A DNA stretch of 64,000 bases from an uncultured delta proteobacterium (GTDB taxonomy: Bacteria > Desulfobacterota > Binatia > UBA9968). The notes under the pieces are model-generated. The model was not told the origin of the DNA. It saw nothing but the letters and a program-made list of their open reading frames with translations, and ran no database searches. The position numbers and the translations under genes are program-made. The stretch spans positions 800,001-864,000 of the forward strand of contig CAVUZH010000013.1 in the NCBI GenBank assembly GCA_963745835.1. The letters run 5' to 3'. Shown piece after piece: positions 41,681 to 55,717 of this stretch (the stretch's first letter is position 1; every line of letters starts with the position of its first letter).

Positions 41681-42273
41681 GAAGCCAACCTCTCTTCCAA
41701 CAGCTTCAATGCGCCTTCCATAAGGATCAGGTGATCGTATCGAAGAAGATCGTAGACGTTCAAACCTTCGACTCGAAGCACTTTGATCTTTGGCAAGTTA
41801 CGAGCGGCCCGCTCGATTTTCGCATCGGCCTGTGAAACCACGACCAGGGCGCTTTGGACCTTCAATTCCGCAAGAGCATTGGCCATTAACTTGGTCTTAG
41901 CTTCCTCAAGCTCAAGCTTATCAAGAACGATGAGCTTTCCTTCTTGATTCTTAAGACTTAACGCCGACAGCAAAGCCTCGCGCCGGGCTTTACGCGGCAT
42001 GCGAAAAGAATAATCGCGCGGCTGAGGACCAAAGATCGTCCCGCCTCCGACCCATATCGGTGATCGAATACTGCCCGAGCGGGCACGCCCCGTTCCCTTT
42101 TGACGCCACGGCTTCTTGCCACCGCCGCGGACAAAACCTTTAGACTTGGTTGCAGCCGTACCCGCGCGCCGGCTCCTCAACTGCATGACGACAGCCTGAT
42201 GCAACAGATGCGGCCGTGCGTTGACGCCAAAAATTCGCTCATCAAGCTTGGGCTCTGCCACATGAACTTCCAT
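41677..42273 (-). CDS. rplD: 50S ribosomal protein L4
   Basis: KKPWRQKGTGRAR, FGPQPR. Confidence 0.97.
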   Translation of the reverse strand: MEVHVAEPKLDERIFGVNARPHLLHQAVVMQLRSRRAGTAATKSKGFVRGGGKKPWRQKGTGRARSGSIRSPIWVGGGTIFGPQPRDYSFRMPRKARREALLSALSLKNQEGKLIVLDKLELEEAKTKLMANALAELKVQSALVVVSQADAKIERAARNLPKIKVLRVEGLNVYDLLRYDHLILMEGALKLLEERLAS

Positions 42274-42279
42274 CGCGAT

Positions 42280-42912
42280 CTATCCCTTTACCGCTCGTTG
42301 TAGAATTACGACGCCTTGTTTGGCCCCCGGAACAGCTCCCTTTACGAGGAGCAGATTCTCTTCGGCGCGAACGTCGATGACTTCCAGATTTTGGATCGAT
42401 ATATTCTCATTGCCCCAGTGCCCAGCCATTTTCTTCCCCTTGCGCACTCGACCTGGGTACGATCGGTTACCGATCGATCCACCGTGCCGAAAATATTCGT
42501 GAGTACCATGGGATCCTGGAAATCCGGCAAAGGACCATTTCTTGATGACCCCCGAGAAGCCATGTCCCTTTGAAACCCCTGAGACATCGATCAGGTCCCC
42601 GATCTTGAATAGATCAGCCACTTTGATCTCTTGCCCCACCTGATACCCTGTCACATCGTCAGAGCGGAATTCCCTCAAAGTCGAAAATGCACCTTTGCCT
42701 GCCTTGGCCATATGCCCTTGAAGGGCCTTGTTGACCCGCTGGCTCTTCTTGCTGCCGAAGCCTACCTGCAGGGCATTGTAACCGTCTATCGCTGTTTCCT
42801 TCTTCTGCACTACAACACAGGGCCCGGTCTCAATGACCGTAACAGGAACCACATTCCCATCCGCAGAATAAAACTGCGTCATCCCAAGTTTTTTTCCGAT
42901 AAGGCCAGTCAT
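42280..42912 (-). CDS. rplC: 50S ribosomal protein L3
   Basis: GKKLGMTQ, KGKKMAGH, KGAVPG. Confidence 0.98.
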   Translation of the reverse strand: MTGLIGKKLGMTQFYSADGNVVPVTVIETGPCVVVQKKETAIDGYNALQVGFGSKKSQRVNKALQGHMAKAGKGAFSTLREFRSDDVTGYQVGQEIKVADLFKIGDLIDVSGVSKGHGFSGVIKKWSFAGFPGSHGTHEYFRHGGSIGNRSYPGRVRKGKKMAGHWGNENISIQNLEVIDVRAEENLLLVKGAVPGAKQGVVILQRAVKG

Positions 42913-42955
42913 AATGATTTTCTCAGGCGAAGCTTTTCTAGTAGAGCTGTCTCCC

Positions 42956-43264
42956 TTACTGAAGCTTGATCTCAACATCCACACCCGCAGCGATATCGAG
43001 CTTTCCCAATGCGTCAATGGTCTGCTGCGTCGGCTCCAAGATATCAAGCAGTCTCTTATGGGTTCGGATCTCGAATTGATCGCGAGACTTCTTGTCGACA
43101 TGAGGCGAGCGATTGACCGTATACCGTTCGATCCGTGTCGGCAATGGAATCGGGCCAGCCACTCTGCCACCGGTGCGTTTTACTGTCTCGACGATCTCTC
43201 CCACCGATTGATCCAACACCCGATGATCGTAGGCCTTTAGCCGAATCCTAATTTTCTCGTTCAT
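42956..43264 (-). CDS. rpsJ: 30S ribosomal protein S10
   Basis: [23 protein letters not shown]. Confidence 0.98.
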   Translation of the reverse strand: MNEKIRIRLKAYDHRVLDQSVGEIVETVKRTGGRVAGPIPLPTRIERYTVNRSPHVDKKSRDQFEIRTHKRLLDILEPTQQTIDALGKLDIAAGVDVEIKLQ

Positions 43265-45357
43265 TTTTTGTCATCCGACTTGCCGTCTAACTTGGCAATA
43301 ATCCCCTCGGCAACGTTGGCCGGCACCGGCTCATAATGTGAGAACTGCATCGTGTAGGTTGCTCGTCCCTGGGTCATTGAACGCAGGTCGGTAGCATAAC
43401 CGAACATCTGTGCTAGCGGCACCCGCGCATCTATGGCCTGAGCAGCCGGCCGCGTATCCATTCCCAAAACCTTACCCCGACGCGAGTTGAGATCGCCAAT
43501 CACGTCGCCCATGAAATCTTCAGGCACCACGACCTCCACTGACATAATGGGTTCGAGCAGGACCGGACTCGCTTTGCGCGCGGCCTCTTTAAAAGCCATC
43601 GAGCCGGCGATCTTAAAGGCGATTTCCGATGAATCGACGTCATGATAGCTGCCGTCGAACAACGTGACCTTTACATCAACCATCGGATAACCCGCCAAAG
43701 CGCCATTTTCTGTCGCCTCTTTGACGCCTTTTTCTACCGCCGGAATATACTCGCGCGGAATCGAACCGCCCTTAATGGCGTCGACGAATTCAAAACCAGC
43801 TCCGGGCTGTTGTGGCTCCAATTTGATCCAGACATCACCGTACTGACCGCGGCCACCGGTTTGGCGAATGAACTTGCCCTGCTGCTCGACCGCCTTACGA
43901 ACCGTTTCCTTATAGGCGACCTGCGGCTTACCGACATTGGCGCCGACGTTAAATTCTCTTAGTAGGCGATCAACGATGATTTCCAGGTGAAGCTCGCCCA
44001 TGCCGGAAATAATCGTCTGGCCGGTCTCTTCGTCGGTTCGCACTCGGAACGACGGGTCTTCAGCGGCTAGCTTCTGCAGTGACAAACCAAGCTTTTCCTG
44101 ATCGGCCTTGCTTTTCGGCTCGATGGCAATCGAAATTACCGGCTCAGGAAACTCGATGGATTCGAGAATAATCGGATCGTTTTCATCGCACAAAGTATCG
44201 CCCGTGGTTGCAGTTCGCAGACCCACTCCAGCGGCAATATCACCGGCGTACACTGCTTTTATCTCTTCACGCTTGTTCGCGTGCATCTTCAAAAGACGAC
44301 CTATTCTCTCGCGCTTGCCTTTGGTTGAATTATAAACACTGGCACCCGCACTCAACGATCCGGAGTAGACTCTGAAAAAACTCAACGTTCCAACGAACGG
44401 GTCAGTCATGATTTTGAACGCAAGAGCCGAAAACGGAGCATCGTCCTTGGCGGGGCGTTCGTCGGGCGCCTGGGTGTCGGGATCGATGCCTTTAACCGGC
44501 GGAATATCCAGTGGCGAGGGCAAGTACTCGATTACGGCGTCGAGCAACGGCTGAACACCTTTGTTGCGGAACGCCGAGCCGCACAGCACCGGAATGATCT
44601 TGATCGCCAAAGTAGCACTTCGGATGGCCTTCGTCAGCTCAGCTTCGCTGATTTCGTGGCCCTCCAAGTACTTCTCCATGATTGTCTCGTCCGAATCCGC
44701 AGCTGCTTCGATCAACTTTTCACGATACTCCGCCGCCGCCGATGCTAGCTCCTCCGGTATAGCTTCATCACGAAACTTGGCGCCGAGACTCTCATCCTCC
44801 CAGACAATCGCCTTCATGCGCACCAGATCAATGACGCCGATGAATTTATCCTCGGCACCGATCGGCAACTGCAACGGAACCGCGCGCGCGCCGAGACGAT
44901 CCTTGATCATTTGGACGACCCGGAAGAAATCGGCTCCCAACCGATCCATCTTGTTGACAAACGCGATGCGGGGAACCTGGTACTTATCGGCCTGCCGCCA
45001 AACAGTCTCGGTCTGCGGCTCGACGCCACCCACCGAGCAGAAAACCCCTACGGCGCCGTCTAAAACTCGCAGCGAACGTTCCACCTCGATTGTAAAGTCA
45101 ACGTGTCCCGGCGTATCAATGATATTGACCCGGTGATCTCGCCATAAACAGGTGGTTGCCGCTGAGGTGATAGTAATGCCGCGCTCTTGCTCTTGGACCA
45201 TCCAGTCCATGGTCGCAGTTCCCTCATGAACCTCGCCGATCTTGTAGTTGATCCCCGTATAATAAAGGATCCTTTCGGTGGTTGTCGTCTTTCCCGCATC
45301 AATATGGGCCATGATGCCAATATTGCGGGTTCTATCTAAGGGAACAGTTCTAGGCAT
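43261..45357 (-). CDS. fusA: Elongation factor G
   Basis: [24 protein letters not shown]; conventional start MPRTVP. Confidence 0.98.
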   Translation of the reverse strand: MPRTVPLDRTRNIGIMAHIDAGKTTTTERILYYTGINYKIGEVHEGTATMDWMVQEQERGITITSAATTCLWRDHRVNIIDTPGHVDFTIEVERSLRVLDGAVGVFCSVGGVEPQTETVWRQADKYQVPRIAFVNKMDRLGADFFRVVQMIKDRLGARAVPLQLPIGAEDKFIGVIDLVRMKAIVWEDESLGAKFRDEAIPEELASAAAEYREKLIEAAADSDETIMEKYLEGHEISEAELTKAIRSATLAIKIIPVLCGSAFRNKGVQPLLDAVIEYLPSPLDIPPVKGIDPDTQAPDERPAKDDAPFSALAFKIMTDPFVGTLSFFRVYSGSLSAGASVYNSTKGKRERIGRLLKMHANKREEIKAVYAGDIAAGVGLRTATTGDTLCDENDPIILESIEFPEPVISIAIEPKSKADQEKLGLSLQKLAAEDPSFRVRTDEETGQTIISGMGELHLEIIVDRLLREFNVGANVGKPQVAYKETVRKAVEQQGKFIRQTGGRGQYGDVWIKLEPQQPGAGFEFVDAIKGGSIPREYIPAVEKGVKEATENGALAGYPMVDVKVTLFDGSYHDVDSSEIAFKIAGSMAFKEAARKASPVLLEPIMSVEVVVPEDFMGDVIGDLNSRRGKVLGMDTRPAAQAIDARVPLAQMFGYATDLRSMTQGRATYTMQFSHYEPVPANVAEGIIAKLDGKSDDKK

Positions 45358-45370
45358 TGCTCTACACCGG

Positions 45371-45403
45371 AAAAAAAGGAGGCGGATCAACCGCCTCCTT
45401 TTT
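45371..45403 (-). terminator. Intrinsic terminator-like hairpin between rpsG and fusA
   Basis: Minus strand AAAAAGGAGGCGG-TTGAT-CCGCCTCCTTTTTTT. Confidence 0.75.
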
Positions 45404-45422
45404 ACAAATATCTTTTCTAAAT

Positions 45423-46266
<844 letters not shown>

Positions 46267-46332
46267 ACGTCTATTCGATCACCAAATTGAATTTGATATG
46301 GATAAAGCGACGACTTTCTGGGGAACCACTTT

Positions 46333-46360
46333 AGTTAACAAATTAATCCCACCATGTCAA
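46333..46360 (-). promoter_or_regulatory. Putative sigma70 promoter of rpsL
   Basis: TTGACA-16 nt-TTAACT just after the rpoC stop. Confidence 0.5.
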
Positions 46361-46364
46361 AAGC

Positions 46365-49300
46365 CTAAGCTCCTGCGGCCTGTGACATGTCCTCCTCGAA
46401 TCCTTCTGGAGCATCAATTTCGATTTCGGCTTTCGAGTATCTCGCGACCCCGGTTCCCGCTGGAATTAGCCGGCCCATGATGACGTTCTCCTTAAGACCG
46501 CAAAGTAAATCAATCTTGCCGTGAATCGCCGCTTCAGTGAGCACTTTCGTTGTCTCTTGAAACGAAGCTGCCGAGATAAAGCTTTCGGTCGATAGCGAGG
46601 CCTTAGTGATTCCGAGAAGCAGTGGCTCAGCCACAGCCGGCTTGCCGCCTCCTGCGATGGCACGCTGATTCTCCTCGTCAAAGCGCCATTTTTCCACCTG
46701 ATCGCCGACCAGGAATTCGGTATCGCCGACCTCTTTGATGCGCACACGACGTAACATCTGTCTGACGATGACCTCGATGTGCTTATCATTGATGCGCACC
46801 CCTTGCAGACGATAAATCTCCTGAACTTCGTCTACAAGGTACTTGGCGAGCGCTTTTTCACCCAAAATATTGAGAATATCATGGGGATTTGAAGAACCAT
46901 CCATGAGAGGCTCGCCGGCGCGTATACGATCGGTTTCGTGCACGCTGATGTGTTTGCCCTTGGGGATCAGATACTCGCGCGGTTCGCCAACTTCGGGAGT
47001 GACGACCACTTTGCGCTTTCCCTTGGTGTCTTTACCAAAGGAAACGGTTCCGTCGATTTCACTTATGACTGCGAACTCTTTCGGCTTGCGCGCTTCGAAC
47101 AATTCGGCTACCCGGGGCAAACCGCCGGTAATATCCTTTGTCTTGGTTGTTTCGCGCGGGATTTTTGCGATCGCATCACCTGCGTAAACCGTCTGACCCT
47201 CTTGCACGTTGATATGAGCGCCCACCGGCAACAGATAGCGAGCTTCCGATGTTGCTGACATCCGCGCCGTCTGTCCACCATCGTCTTTGATTGAAATTCG
47301 CGGCCGCTTGTCAACGTCTTTGGAGTCAATAATTACCTTTGTGGACAGGCCTGTGCGCTCGTCCACCTTCTCCTCCATGGTGATCGCTTCAATGACGTCA
47401 CCAAACTTCACTACGCCGCTCATTTCGGTTAGAATCGGAATCGTGTACGGGTCCCATTCGGCGATCAATTCGCCGGCTTTGATCTTTTCCCCATCCTTCT
47501 TTTTTAGCTTCGCGCCATAAACCACCGGATAACGTTCTCGCTCGCGTTCCCTGCCTTTCTCACCTTCCGGATAATCGACGATGGCGAGTTCGCCGTTGCG
47601 GTTCATCACCACTAGATCCTTCTCCTTGTTGGTGACGGTGCTGACGTTGATGAACTTGATAAAGCCATCGTTGCGCGATTCTAAAGTAGTCTGCTCTGCT
47701 CTCCGGCTCGCAGTACCACCGATGTGAAACGTACGCATCGTCAGCTGTGTTCCCGGTTCGCCAATCGATTGCGCCGCAATAACGCCGATCGCTTCCCCGT
47801 GATTGACCATATGGCCTCGGCCTAGATCACGTCCGTAGCACATCACACATACGCCGCGCTTCGATTGACAGGTCAACACAGAACGAATCTTGATCCGCTC
47901 TAAACCGGCGTCTTCGATGCGTTGCACCAAGTCTTCATTGATTTCTTGGTTGGCTTTGACGATAATGTCGCCGGAGAAAGGATCGCGCACATCCTCGAGC
48001 GCGACTCGCCCGAGCACGCGATCGCCGAGCGGCTCGATAATCTCACCGCCTTCCATGAGCGGCGTAATTTCTATGCCATCCATGGTGCCGCAATCAGGAT
48101 CGGAAATCACCGAGTCCTGAGCAACGTCTACCAGGCGTCGAGTCAGATAACCCGAATTAGCGGTCTTCAATGCGGTGTCAGCCAACCCCTTGCGCGCGCC
48201 GTGGGTTGAGATGAAGTACTGCAAAACCGTCAATCCCTCGCGAAAGTTAGCAGTAATGGGCGTCTCAATAATCTCTCCGGACGGCTTGGCCATCAACCCG
48301 CGCATGCCGGCCAACTGACGGATCTGCTGGGCGCTGCCGCGAGCACCGGAATCGGCCATCATGAAGATCGGATTAAAGCTTGGAATCGAAGTTTCACGTC
48401 CGGTTTCATCAGTAACTTTCTCGGAGCCGAGGTCGCGTAGCATTTCGTCGGCGATTCGATCGGTAACCTCAGCCCAGATATCAACCACTTTGTTGTAACG
48501 TTCACCGTCGGTAATGAGTCCGTTCTTGTATTGCTCTTCGATTTCGCGAACGTCTTCGTGCGCGCTCTTGAGCAAGACCTCTTTATTGGGCGGGATCACC
48601 ATGTCCTTGATGGCGATAGAGATGCCCGCCTTGGTGGCGTGCCGATAGCCGATATCTTTCAAACGGTCGGCGAGAATAACGGTCGCCTTATTGCCAGCCA
48701 GCCGGTAACTGATGTCGATTAGATTTGCCAGCTCTTTTTTCTTCAGAACTCGATTGACTTCCTTGAATGCGATCTCCGGCGGCACAACCTCATAAACCAG
48801 AATTCGGCCGACGGTGGTCTCGACGCGCTCACCATTCATCCGGACGGTGATCGGGGCTTGAATCTCCACCTCTCCCTGATCATAGGCGATACGAACTTCC
48901 GTCGGGCTGCTAAAGATGCGCCCGGCGCCTTTGGCTTGGAAGCGATCCCGGGTCATGTAGTAGAGGCCCAGCACGATATCCTGCGTCGGCACGATGATGG
49001 GCTTGCCATTGGCCGGGGACAGAATGTTGTTGGTGGACATCATCAGGGCGCGAGCTTCAACCTGAGCTTCGACCGACAATGGGACATGAACTGCCATCTG
49101 ATCACCGTCGAAATCTGCGTTATACGCCGCGCAGACCAATGGATGAAGTTGAATCGCCTTCCCTTCGATCAGGATCGGCTCAAAAGCTTGAATCCCAAGG
49201 CGGTGCAATGTCGGAGCCCGGTTGAGCATCACCGGGTGCTCGCGAATCACTTCATCGAGAATATCCCAAACCTCGGGCCGTTCTTTTTCGACCATTTTCT

Positions 49301-50492
49301 TTGCGCTCTTAATCGTGGTGACGAAGCCGCGCTCTTCGAGCTTGTTATAGATAAACGGCTTGAACAACTCCAAAGCCATCTTCTTAGGCAACCCGCACTG
49401 GTGTAGCCGCAGTTCCGGTCCGACAACGATCACCGAACGTCCGGAATAGTCCACCCGTTTACCGAGCAGGTTCTGGCGGAATCTGCCGGTTTTACCTTTA
49501 AGCATATCGCTCAAGGACTTAAGCGGCCGGCGATTTTGGCCGGTGATAGCTCGCCCACGCCGGCCGTTATCAAATAGAGCGTCAACGGCCTCTTGGAGCA
49601 TGCGTTTCTCATTCCGAATGATCATATCCGGCGCGCTTAGCTCCATCAGACGCTTGAGCCGATTATTTCGGTTGATGACGCGCCGGTAGAGATCGTTTAA
49701 ATCCGAGGTAGCGAAACGACCACCGTCAAGCGGCACCAAAGGCCGTAGATCCGGGGGAATGACTGGAACAACTTCCATGACCATCCACTCCGGTCGGTTC
49801 CCCGAAGTCCTAAAAGCGTTGAGGACTTTTAATCGTTTTGCCAACTTTTTGCGCCGAACCTCGGAGTTCGCATCGCGCATTTCTTGGCGCAGATCTTCTG
49901 AAAGTTTTACTACATCGACGGCTTTGAGGATCTTCCGAACCGCCTCCGCGCCCATCTCCGCGGTAAACCTACCGCCAAACTCCTCCATAGCTTTGCGATA
50001 TCGGACCTCGCTCAAGAGCTCCTTGTATTGCAAAGGAGTCTCTCCTGGATCGATAACGATATAGGACTCAAAATAGAGCACCTTCTCGATGTCCTTTAGC
50101 GACATGTCGAGCAAAGCGCCGATCCGGCTCGGCAGGCTTTTAAGAAACCAGATATGGACTACCGGCGTGGCCAGCTCGATATGGCCCATCCGTTCGCGGC
50201 GCACCTTGGATTGAATCACCTCGACGCCGCACTTTTCACAGACAACGCCTCGGTGGCGCATGCGTTTATACTTGCCGCAGTTACATTCGTAGTCTTTGGT
50301 CGGACCAAAAATCTTGGCGCAAAATAAACCATCTCGTTCCGGCTTGAACGTTCTGTAGTTAATCGTCTCCGGCTTCTTCACCTCCCCGTGTGACCAAGAC
50401 CGCACTTTTTCCGGGGACGCCACAGAGACTCGGATCGCATTAAAACTTAGCGGATTTTTCGGTCGTTCGAATAAGTTAAAAAGATCTTCCAT
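46365..50492 (-). CDS. rpoC: RNA polymerase beta' subunit
   Basis: [12 protein letters not shown], Zn-finger cysteines. Confidence 0.99.
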   Translation of the reverse strand: MEDLFNLFERPKNPLSFNAIRVSVASPEKVRSWSHGEVKKPETINYRTFKPERDGLFCAKIFGPTKDYECNCGKYKRMRHRGVVCEKCGVEVIQSKVRRERMGHIELATPVVHIWFLKSLPSRIGALLDMSLKDIEKVLYFESYIVIDPGETPLQYKELLSEVRYRKAMEEFGGRFTAEMGAEAVRKILKAVDVVKLSEDLRQEMRDANSEVRRKKLAKRLKVLNAFRTSGNRPEWMVMEVVPVIPPDLRPLVPLDGGRFATSDLNDLYRRVINRNNRLKRLMELSAPDMIIRNEKRMLQEAVDALFDNGRRGRAITGQNRRPLKSLSDMLKGKTGRFRQNLLGKRVDYSGRSVIVVGPELRLHQCGLPKKMALELFKPFIYNKLEERGFVTTIKSAKKMVEKERPEVWDILDEVIREHPVMLNRAPTLHRLGIQAFEPILIEGKAIQLHPLVCAAYNADFDGDQMAVHVPLSVEAQVEARALMMSTNNILSPANGKPIIVPTQDIVLGLYYMTRDRFQAKGAGRIFSSPTEVRIAYDQGEVEIQAPITVRMNGERVETTVGRILVYEVVPPEIAFKEVNRVLKKKELANLIDISYRLAGNKATVILADRLKDIGYRHATKAGISIAIKDMVIPPNKEVLLKSAHEDVREIEEQYKNGLITDGERYNKVVDIWAEVTDRIADEMLRDLGSEKVTDETGRETSIPSFNPIFMMADSGARGSAQQIRQLAGMRGLMAKPSGEIIETPITANFREGLTVLQYFISTHGARKGLADTALKTANSGYLTRRLVDVAQDSVISDPDCGTMDGIEITPLMEGGEIIEPLGDRVLGRVALEDVRDPFSGDIIVKANQEINEDLVQRIEDAGLERIKIRSVLTCQSKRGVCVMCYGRDLGRGHMVNHGEAIGVIAAQSIGEPGTQLTMRTFHIGGTASRRAEQTTLESRNDGFIKFINVSTVTNKEKDLVVMNRNGELAIVDYPEGEKGRERERERYPVVYGAKLKKKDGEKIKAGELIAEWDPYTIPILTEMSGVVKFGDVIEAITMEEKVDERTGLSTKVIIDSKDVDKRPRISIKDDGGQTARMSATSEARYLLPVGAHINVQEGQTVYAGDAIAKIPRETTKTKDITGGLPRVAELFEARKPKEFAVISEIDGTVSFGKDTKGKRKVVVTPEVGEPREYLIPKGKHISVHETDRIRAGEPLMDGSSNPHDILNILGEKALAKYLVDEVQEIYRLQGVRINDKHIEVIVRQMLRRVRIKEVGDTEFLVGDQVEKWRFDEENQRAIAGGGKPAVAEPLLLGITKASLSTESFISAASFQETTKVLTEAAIHGKIDLLCGLKENVIMGRLIPAGTGVARYSKAEIEIDAPEGFEEDMSQAAGA

Positions 50493-50539
50493 AAAGATCC
50501 ACCTCCAGCATCAGCGCAGTGGGCCGCCACAAGGCTTAG

Positions 50540-53500
50540 CTATTTTTCCTCGACTAGATCAACATCGAGCCCCAGGCTCTGGAGCTCCTTAACCATCACG
50601 TTAAACGATTCAGGCAATCCTGGTTCGAGGAGATTATCCCCTTTAACAATCGCCTCGTACATTCGCGTTCGCCCAACGACATCATCAGACTTGACAGTCA
50701 GCATTTCTTGAAGAGTATACGCTGCGCCATAAGCCTCTAACGCCCAAACCTCCATTTCTCCGAGCCGCTGGCCGCCAAACTGAGCCTTACCACCCAATGG
50801 TTGCTGTGTAACGAGAGAATAGGGACCGGTGGAGCGAGCATGTATTTTGTCATCAACCAGGTGATGCAGTTTCATGATATACATAATTCCGACTGTGACT
50901 TTACCGTCGAAGGGCTCGCCGCTGCGGCCATCATATAGAGTCACTTGGCCGCTGACCGGGAGATCGGCTTTTCGCAGCAAATTAAAGATTTCATCTTCCG
51001 CCGCGCCATCAAAAACCGGCGACGCCAAACGTACCCCGTCACGATATTTCTCCGCCAGCTTAAATACGTCAGCGTCTTTGGCGCCATCGATAAGCTCGCT
51101 GGCTTCTTTGCTATTGAGATATTCCTTAAGCCGCTTGCGCAGAGCGTCCAGTTCATGGCGGTGTTCGCGCATTAGTTGATCGATCTGATGCCCGAGACTG
51201 CGCGCTGCCCAGCCCAGATGCGCTTCGAGAATTTGGCCCACGTTCATACGTGAGGGGACACCCAGCGGATTGAGCACCACGTCAACCGGAGTGCCGTCCT
51301 CTAAATAAGGCATATCCTCTTCGGGCAGAATTCTAGAAATGACGCCTTTGTTGCCGTGGCGGCCAGCCATCTTGTCGCCAACCTGCAACTTACGCTTGAT
51401 GGCGACAAAGACTTTCACCATCTTAATGACGCCTGGCGGGAGCTCATCGCCGCCTCTGAGTTTTTCGATCTTGTCTTCGAATACCTCTTTAATTAGCTTG
51501 ACCTGTCCGGCCGTGCTTTCAACAATACGGTCGAGCTCCGCTTCCACTGATTCGTTATCGACACGGATCTCGCTCCAGTAGCTCATCGGCAATTGATCCA
51601 GATCTTCCTCGGTGATCTCCTTACCCTTAACTAGCAGCAGTTTTCGACTGTCGTCGCTTAGTCGGTTCGCCAGTTTCCGGCCGACTAGAAGTTTTTTCAA
51701 ACGCCTGAGCGCGCCATCTTGAAGAATTCGGACCTCGTCATGCTGATCTTTGCGTAGCCGTATGATCTCTTCGTCCTCAATCGCCTTGCTTCTCTCATCC
51801 TTGCCCAAACCTTTGCGCGAAAAGATCCGGACATTGATAACCGTCCCTTCAACTCCCGGCGGAACGCGCAGCGACGTATCTCGGACCTCACCAGCCTTCT
51901 CTCCGAATATAGCGCGCAAGAGTTTTTCTTCAGGCGACAACTGAGTCTCGCCCTTGGGAGTGATTTTTCCCACGAGGATATCGCTAGGCTTGACCTCGGC
52001 GCCGATTCTGATGATACCGCTGTCGTCAAGATCGGTCAGCGCTTCGTCGCCGACGTTCGGGATGTCACGCGTGATCTCTTCCGGCCCGAGTTTGGTGTCG
52101 CGGGAAACACATTCAAATTCTTCGATATGAATTGAGGTGTAAATGTCTTCTTTAACGACACGCTCGCTAATTAAAATAGAATCTTCAAAGTTGTAGCCGC
52201 CCCAAGGCATGAGCGCGACAAGAACATTGCGGCCCAGCGCAAGCTCTCCCATCTCCGTGGATGGACCGTCGGCGATAACGTCGCCGGCTTTTACTTGGTC
52301 CCCAATCCTGACGATTGGTCGTTGATTGACGCAAGTATTCTGATTGGAACGCTGGTACTTGACTAAATTGTAGATATCAACTCCCGTGTCCCGGGCACCG
52401 GAAGGCTTGTCAGCCTTAACCACAATGCGAGTCGAATCGACACTTTCGATTACGCCGTCGCGCTTCGCCACAACTGTCACGCCGGAATCCCGGGCGACAA
52501 CTTTCTCCATCCCGGTACCGACCAGAGGAGCCTCGGTCCTTAACAGAGGCACTGCCTGACGCTGCATGTTAGAGCCCATCAGAGCCCGGTTGGCGTCATC
52601 GTTTTCAAGGAATGGAATCAGCGAGGCCGCCACGCTGACGAGTTGATTTGGCGACACATCCATGAAGTTGACTTCCTCAGGTCGCGCCATCACGAATTCA
52701 CCGCCTTTGCGAGCAGAAACTAAATCGAGAGTGAAGACGCCACGGGCATCGATCGGCGCATTGGCTTGGGCTATGACATGATCTTCCTCTTCAAGCGCGG
52801 AAAGATACCGTATCCGATCCGTGACCTTGCCGTTTTCAACCTCGCGATACGGCGTTTCGATGAAGCCAAACTCATTGACTCGAGCATACGTCGTCAAGGA
52901 TGCGATCAGTCCAATATTTGGACCTTCCGGCGTCTCAATCGGGCAAACGCGACCATAGTGCGTCGGATGAACATCGCGCACTTCGAATCCTGCGCGTTCC
53001 CGGGTCAGTCCACCGGGACCCAATGCCGATAAGCGGCGTTTGTGAGTGATCTCCGAAAGCGGATTAGTTTGATCCATGAATTGGGACAATTGGCTGGAAC
53101 CAAAAAACTCTTTAAGCGCAGCGGACACAGGCTTGTAGTTAATCAGTTCCTGCGGCATCAACGTTTCGATATCCTGCAAGCTCATTTTCTCTTTGATGGC
53201 CCGTTCCATACGCACCAGTCCGACACGGAAGTGGTTTTCAACGAGCTCGCCCACGGCGCGTACCCGACGGTTACCGAGATGATCAATATCGTCGACGGTG
53301 CCGTTGCCGTTCTTTAGCTCCATCAGATAGCGAACGACCTCAAGAATATCTTCCTTGCGAAGCGTGCCCTGCTCTAATGGAACGTTCAGCTTAAGGCGGT
53401 GATTCAGCTTAAGCCGACCTACTTTGGAAAGATCATAACGGTCTGGATTGAAGAACAAGTTGTTAAAGAAGTTAGTCGCCGAATCAACCGTCGGAGGATC

Positions 53501-54643
53501 ACCCGGCCTTAGGCGGCGATAAATCTCCAAAATTGCATCTTGAGGTGAGTTGATGCGATCCTGCAACAACGTATTTCGCAAGTAAGGACCGACTGTCGAT
53601 TCGTCGATGAACAGAACTTCGATCTGATGAATGCCCTTTTCCCGGATGAGATCCAGCTTCTCTTGGGTAATGGGATGATTGGATTCAACGATGACTTCTT
53701 TGGTTTGCGGATTGACAATATCATGAGCAGCAATCCGACCCAGGATCTCTTCCCAAACGATTGGGACTTGTTTGACCTTGGCTTGCTCCATTTGACGCAA
53801 GACCGGACGGGTAAACTTTTTACCTTCCTTAACGATGAGATCATTGCTTTTGGGGTCGCGAACATCGCTCGTCACTTTCGCTCCCATCAAATGCGCGGGA
53901 TTGAAAACAAGCGCCGGTTTGCGTCCATCGAAAACGATGGTATCGCTCCGGTAATAGTAATTCAGCAGATCTTCCGTAGTCATACCGAGCGCTCTCAGCA
54001 AAACCGTGGCATGAAACTTACGCCGGCGATCGATACGGACATAGATGATATCTCGGGGATCAAACTCGAGATCAACCCAGGAACCGCGGTAGGGAATGAT
54101 TCGCGCCGAATAGAGCAACTTACCGCTCGCGTGTGTCTTTCCCTTATCATGTTCGAAAAAAACTCCAGGGGATCGGTGCAATTGACTGACAATGACCCGT
54201 TCGGTGCCGTTCACCATAAACGTGCCGTTCTTCGTCATCAGAGCAATCTCACCAAAATACACCTCCTGCTCTTTGACATTCTTGATGCTGCGGGCGCCGG
54301 TTTGGGAGTCGACATCCCATAAAACGAGCTGAACCGTTACTTTGAGCGGCGCGGCGAAAGTCATGCCGCGCTGATGACACTCGTCGACGTCGTATTTCGG
54401 CTCGCCCAAGCTATAGCTGACAAACTCCAGGGACGCCGTTTCATTAAAGTCCTTGATTGGAAATACCGACTTAAAAACCTCTTGAAGGCCGATATTCTCG
54501 CGCTGCGCGGGCGAAGAATCCTTTTGTAAAAACAGCTCATAGGAGTTCTTCTGGATTTCAATTAGATAAGGCAGATCAATGATTCTCTTGATCCTGCCAA
54601 AACTGCGGCGAAATCGTAAATTATTGGCCACTTGAAATGGCAT
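50540..54643 (-). CDS. rpoB: RNA polymerase beta subunit
   Basis: [30 protein letters not shown]. Confidence 0.99.
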   Translation of the reverse strand: MPFQVANNLRFRRSFGRIKRIIDLPYLIEIQKNSYELFLQKDSSPAQRENIGLQEVFKSVFPIKDFNETASLEFVSYSLGEPKYDVDECHQRGMTFAAPLKVTVQLVLWDVDSQTGARSIKNVKEQEVYFGEIALMTKNGTFMVNGTERVIVSQLHRSPGVFFEHDKGKTHASGKLLYSARIIPYRGSWVDLEFDPRDIIYVRIDRRRKFHATVLLRALGMTTEDLLNYYYRSDTIVFDGRKPALVFNPAHLMGAKVTSDVRDPKSNDLIVKEGKKFTRPVLRQMEQAKVKQVPIVWEEILGRIAAHDIVNPQTKEVIVESNHPITQEKLDLIREKGIHQIEVLFIDESTVGPYLRNTLLQDRINSPQDAILEIYRRLRPGDPPTVDSATNFFNNLFFNPDRYDLSKVGRLKLNHRLKLNVPLEQGTLRKEDILEVVRYLMELKNGNGTVDDIDHLGNRRVRAVGELVENHFRVGLVRMERAIKEKMSLQDIETLMPQELINYKPVSAALKEFFGSSQLSQFMDQTNPLSEITHKRRLSALGPGGLTRERAGFEVRDVHPTHYGRVCPIETPEGPNIGLIASLTTYARVNEFGFIETPYREVENGKVTDRIRYLSALEEEDHVIAQANAPIDARGVFTLDLVSARKGGEFVMARPEEVNFMDVSPNQLVSVAASLIPFLENDDANRALMGSNMQRQAVPLLRTEAPLVGTGMEKVVARDSGVTVVAKRDGVIESVDSTRIVVKADKPSGARDTGVDIYNLVKYQRSNQNTCVNQRPIVRIGDQVKAGDVIADGPSTEMGELALGRNVLVALMPWGGYNFEDSILISERVVKEDIYTSIHIEEFECVSRDTKLGPEEITRDIPNVGDEALTDLDDSGIIRIGAEVKPSDILVGKITPKGETQLSPEEKLLRAIFGEKAGEVRDTSLRVPPGVEGTVINVRIFSRKGLGKDERSKAIEDEEIIRLRKDQHDEVRILQDGALRRLKKLLVGRKLANRLSDDSRKLLLVKGKEITEEDLDQLPMSYWSEIRVDNESVEAELDRIVESTAGQVKLIKEVFEDKIEKLRGGDELPPGVIKMVKVFVAIKRKLQVGDKMAGRHGNKGVISRILPEEDMPYLEDGTPVDVVLNPLGVPSRMNVGQILEAHLGWAARSLGHQIDQLMREHRHELDALRKRLKEYLNSKEASELIDGAKDADVFKLAEKYRDGVRLASPVFDGAAEDEIFNLLRKADLPVSGQVTLYDGRSGEPFDGKVTVGIMYIMKLHHLVDDKIHARSTGPYSLVTQQPLGGKAQFGGQRLGEMEVWALEAYGAAYTLQEMLTVKSDDVVGRTRMYEAIVKGDNLLEPGLPESFNVMVKELQSLGLDVDLVEEK

Positions 54644-54705
54644 TGTTTCTCCTTTGGCGATCTAAACAATATTTCCGATTCACAGGATTCTCCGGTGCTG
54701 GTGCG

Positions 54706-55083
54706 CTATTTGATGTCGACCTTGGCGCCCTGTTCCTCGAGCTTTTTCTTGATCGTTTCAGCCTCGGCTTTTGCAATGCCCTCTTTGACGTTCTTGGGTG
54801 CGCCATCGACGAGATCTTTCGCCTCTTTTAAACCGAGACCGGTGAGCTCTCGGACAACCTTGATCACTTGGATTTTCTTTTCGCCCGCTTCTGTAAGAAC
54901 AACATCAAATTCGGTTTTCTCTTCCGCCGCTGCCGCGGGGCCACTAGCTGCCGCAGCCACCGCCATAGGCGCCGCAGCACTGACGCCGAGCTCTTGTTCG
55001 AGTTCCTTGACCAGAGTCGCAGCGTCTAGCAGTGTCATGTTCTTAATGTAGTCCTTAACCTGTTCCCTAGATACCTCTGCCAT
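54706..55083 (-). CDS. rplL: 50S ribosomal protein L7/L12
   Basis: [19 protein letters not shown]. Confidence 0.98.
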   Translation of the reverse strand: MAEVSREQVKDYIKNMTLLDAATLVKELEQELGVSAAAPMAVAAAASGPAAAAEEKTEFDVVLTEAGEKKIQVIKVVRELTGLGLKEAKDLVDGAPKNVKEGIAKAEAETIKKKLEEQGAKVDIK

Positions 55084-55127
55084 AAAACGTCCCCCTTTTA
55101 ATTAAATCCACGCACCGATTGTTGTAA

Positions 55128-55670
55128 TTACTCGGCTTTTCCCTTAGCTGCCGCATCGAGCAATCTGACTACCCGAGATCCGGGTTCTTGAATGAGGCGA
55201 AGCAAGTAAGTCGCTGGCCCCTGTATCAGCGCGAGCAACGTCGCCTGCAGCTCAGGTTTACTGGGCATTTGTGAGAGAACTTTGACCCGAGCAGGATCCA
55301 TTAACTCGCCCTCAAACATTGCCCCCTTGATCGTCATTTTTTCATTGGCATCGACAAACTTGACGAGCGTCTTAGAAAGCAGGACCGGATCGTCATATGC
55401 GAACACCCATCCATTGGGACCCTCGAGCATTCGTTCCAATTCGCCGTAAGCGGTATCTTTAAGAGCCCGGCGAACGAGAGTATTTTTGATAACCTGATAT
55501 TCCCCTGCCACATCGCGAATCTCGCGCCGCAACTGCGTCATCTTACCGACCGAAAGACCACGATACTCAGTTGCGATCGCCATCTTTGCTTTCCTAAATT
55601 TTTCATGCACAGCCGCTACCGTCTCGGCTTTTTCGCCGTGACTCGCGCGTGCAGCTTCTAACTCCGCCAT
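55128..55670 (-). CDS. rplJ: 50S ribosomal protein L10
   Basis: EYRGLSV, VIKNTL; operon position. Confidence 0.95.
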   Translation of the reverse strand: MAELEAARASHGEKAETVAAVHEKFRKAKMAIATEYRGLSVGKMTQLRREIRDVAGEYQVIKNTLVRRALKDTAYGELERMLEGPNGWVFAYDDPVLLSKTLVKFVDANEKMTIKGAMFEGELMDPARVKVLSQMPSKPELQATLLALIQGPATYLLRLIQEPGSRVVRLLDAAAKGKAE

Positions 55671-55717
55671 GCTTCTCTCCCGATCCCCTTGGCTTGAAAT
55701 TTAGCTGAAGAACAGAC

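Noticed and set aside
46365-54643. Inteins or large insertions in rpoB/rpoC
   Set aside because: Lengths and motif order are normal and no splicing motifs were seen
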